Source: Thermoplasmata archaeon (GTDB lineage Archaea > Thermoplasmatota > Thermoplasmata > Lutacidiplasmatales > UBA184). From it: 43,904 nucleotides of DNA. Location: the NCBI GenBank assembly GCA_030041735.1, contig JASIBA010000027.1:1-43904 (forward strand), read 5' to 3'. A program made the translations under genes and the position numbers. This document shows, in pieces, positions 42,770 through 43,904 of the stretch. Below the pieces are notes generated by a model. It had not been told where the DNA came from and made no database searches. It saw nothing but the letters and a program-made list of their open reading frames with translations. The stretch's first letter is position 1, and each line of letters opens with the position of its first letter.

Positions 42770-43345
42770 GTGGCGCCCGGAGATGAGAACATCCCGCGTC
42801 TCTACACCCGAACGGGCGACCGAGGCACGACCGGTCTCTCCGGTGGTGCGCGCGTAGACAAGGACTCGGCGCGGATCCGCGCCTACGGCACCTTCGACGA
42901 GCTGGGGGCCCACCTCGGGTTCGTCGAGAACGAGCTGCCCGAGTCGCTCGGCGACGCGCGGTCGGTGGTCCGCCGCCTCGAGCACGAGCTGTTCATCGCC
43001 CAGAGCGAGCTGGCCCGGTCCCCGACCGCGTCGCCCCCGGCGACCCGGATCGAGGTGCGCCACGTCGAGCGGCTCGAGCACGACATCGACCGGTTCGATG
43101 CCGCGCATCCCCCCCTCACGTCCTTCGTGCTCTGCCGCGGATCCCGGCCCGCGGTCGCGTTCCATCTCGCGCGGACGGTGGCGCGGCGCGCGGAGCGCGA
43201 GCTGTGGGCCCTGCACCGCACCGAGCCCCAGCGCGCCGAGCTGCTCCAGTGGTCGAACCGGCTGAGCGACCTCCTGTTCGCGATGGCGCTCGCCGCGAAC
43301 CACGCCCTCGGCGTGCCCGAGGTCGCCCCCGACTACTCGACGTGA
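42770..43345 (+). CDS. PduO-type ATP:cob(I)alamin adenosyltransferase
   Basis: 'LYTRTGDRGTTGLSGGARVDKDSARIRAYGTFDELGAHLG' is the family's N-terminal signature. The GTG at 42770 is preferred over the TTG at 42728 because family members start just before the YTRTGD block. Confidence 0.85.
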   Translation: MAPGDENIPRLYTRTGDRGTTGLSGGARVDKDSARIRAYGTFDELGAHLGFVENELPESLGDARSVVRRLEHELFIAQSELARSPTASPPATRIEVRHVERLEHDIDRFDAAHPPLTSFVLCRGSRPAVAFHLARTVARRAERELWALHRTEPQRAELLQWSNRLSDLLFAMALAANHALGVPEVAPDYST

Positions 43346-43358
43346 CCCCGAGGCGCCG

Positions 43359-43904
43359 ATGGAGGTCGGGATCGTCGGCAAGCCGAACGTCGGGAAGTCG
43401 ACGTTCTTCAACGCGCTCACCCTGCTCGAGGTCCCGATGGCCCCGTACCCGTTCACGACCACGATCCCGAACCGGGGGGTCGGGCTCCTCCGCGCGAAGT
43501 GCCCGCACGTCGAGAAGGGCGTCCCCTGCACTCCCGGTAACGCGCGGTGCGTGAACGGCGTACGTTGGATCCCGGTGAACCTGGTCGACGTCCCCGGCCT
43601 CGTGCCGGGGGCGCACGAGGGCAAGGGCCTGGGCCACCAGTTCCTCGACGACCTCCGCGCCGCCGACGGCTTCGTCCAGGTGGTCGATCTCTCGGGGGCG
43701 ACGAACGCCGAGGGCCAAATCGTACCGCCGGGCTCGCACGATCCGGCGTCCGAGGTCGGCTGGCTCGAGGTCGAGCTCGTCGACTGGGTCGCCGGCATCC
43801 TCGCGCGGGACTTCGAGCGCCACGCCCGGTCGACGGAGCTCGACGGCAAGAAGGTCGAGGAGTTCCTGGCCCAGCGCCTCACCGGCCTCTCGATCTCGGC
43901 CGCG
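43359..43904 (+). CDS. ychF: YchF/OLA1-type P-loop GTPase/ATPase, 3'-truncated by the window end
   Basis: 'MEVGIVGKPNVGKSTFFNALT' (G1) and 'LVDVPGLVPGAHEGKGLG' (G3). The frame stays open to nt 43904. Confidence 0.8.
   Translation, partial: MEVGIVGKPNVGKSTFFNALTLLEVPMAPYPFTTTIPNRGVGLLRAKCPHVEKGVPCTPGNARCVNGVRWIPVNLVDVPGLVPGAHEGKGLGHQFLDDLRAADGFVQVVDLSGATNAEGQIVPPGSHDPASEVGWLEVELVDWVAGILARDFERHARSTELDGKKVEEFLAQRLTGLSISAA

Overview
All domain calls come from reading the translated ORFs and the DNA by eye. No searches, GC counts or statistics were run.

**Overall picture.** This is a very GC-rich, gene-dense chromosomal segment with about 41 supportable CDS. I saw no rRNA, tRNA, CRISPR array, transposase or integrase. 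It looks archaeal. The evidence is short AT-rich TATA boxes about 25-30 nt upstream of leaderless or short-leader starts, DUF835- and DUF981-type proteins, and large surface proteins rich in N-glycosylation sequons that carry 'ETGLPxGxxW' repeats. A Thermoplasmata-like lineage is inference only.

**Main content.**
- A six-gene minus-strand operon (15994->9048) encodes an APC permease, arginine deiminase, ornithine carbamoyltransferase, carbamate kinase and an ABC-2 exporter pair.
- A signalling cluster (23171-27229) encodes a pseudo-receiver, a PAS histidine kinase, a DUF981-like membrane protein and a response regulator built as REC / DUF835-like domain / winged HTH.
- A proteolysis theme runs through the window: two G1 (eqolisin-type) glutamic peptidase paralogs, an M48 peptidase, a DUF885 protein and two M29-like paralogs flanking an ArsR-SRPBCC pair.
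- There are two giant repeat-containing surface proteins and a YVTN beta-propeller surface protein.
- Housekeeping or accessory genes include a racemase, phosphoribosyltransferase, radical SAM/SPASM protein, GNAT, DinB, RHH regulator, PduO-type adenosyltransferase and YchF.

**Most interesting signal.** It lies in the non-coding DNA. Five promoters share a 16-bp palindrome, GTCAA-N6-TT(G/C)A(C/T). They belong to the arginine deiminase operon, the racemase, the GNAT, the pseudo-receiver and the DUF981 gene. In every case the palindrome sits at the same offset from a TATA-like box, and in three cases exactly 46 nt from the ATG. This suggests an undescribed regulon, possibly run by the adjacent kinase and atypical response regulator.
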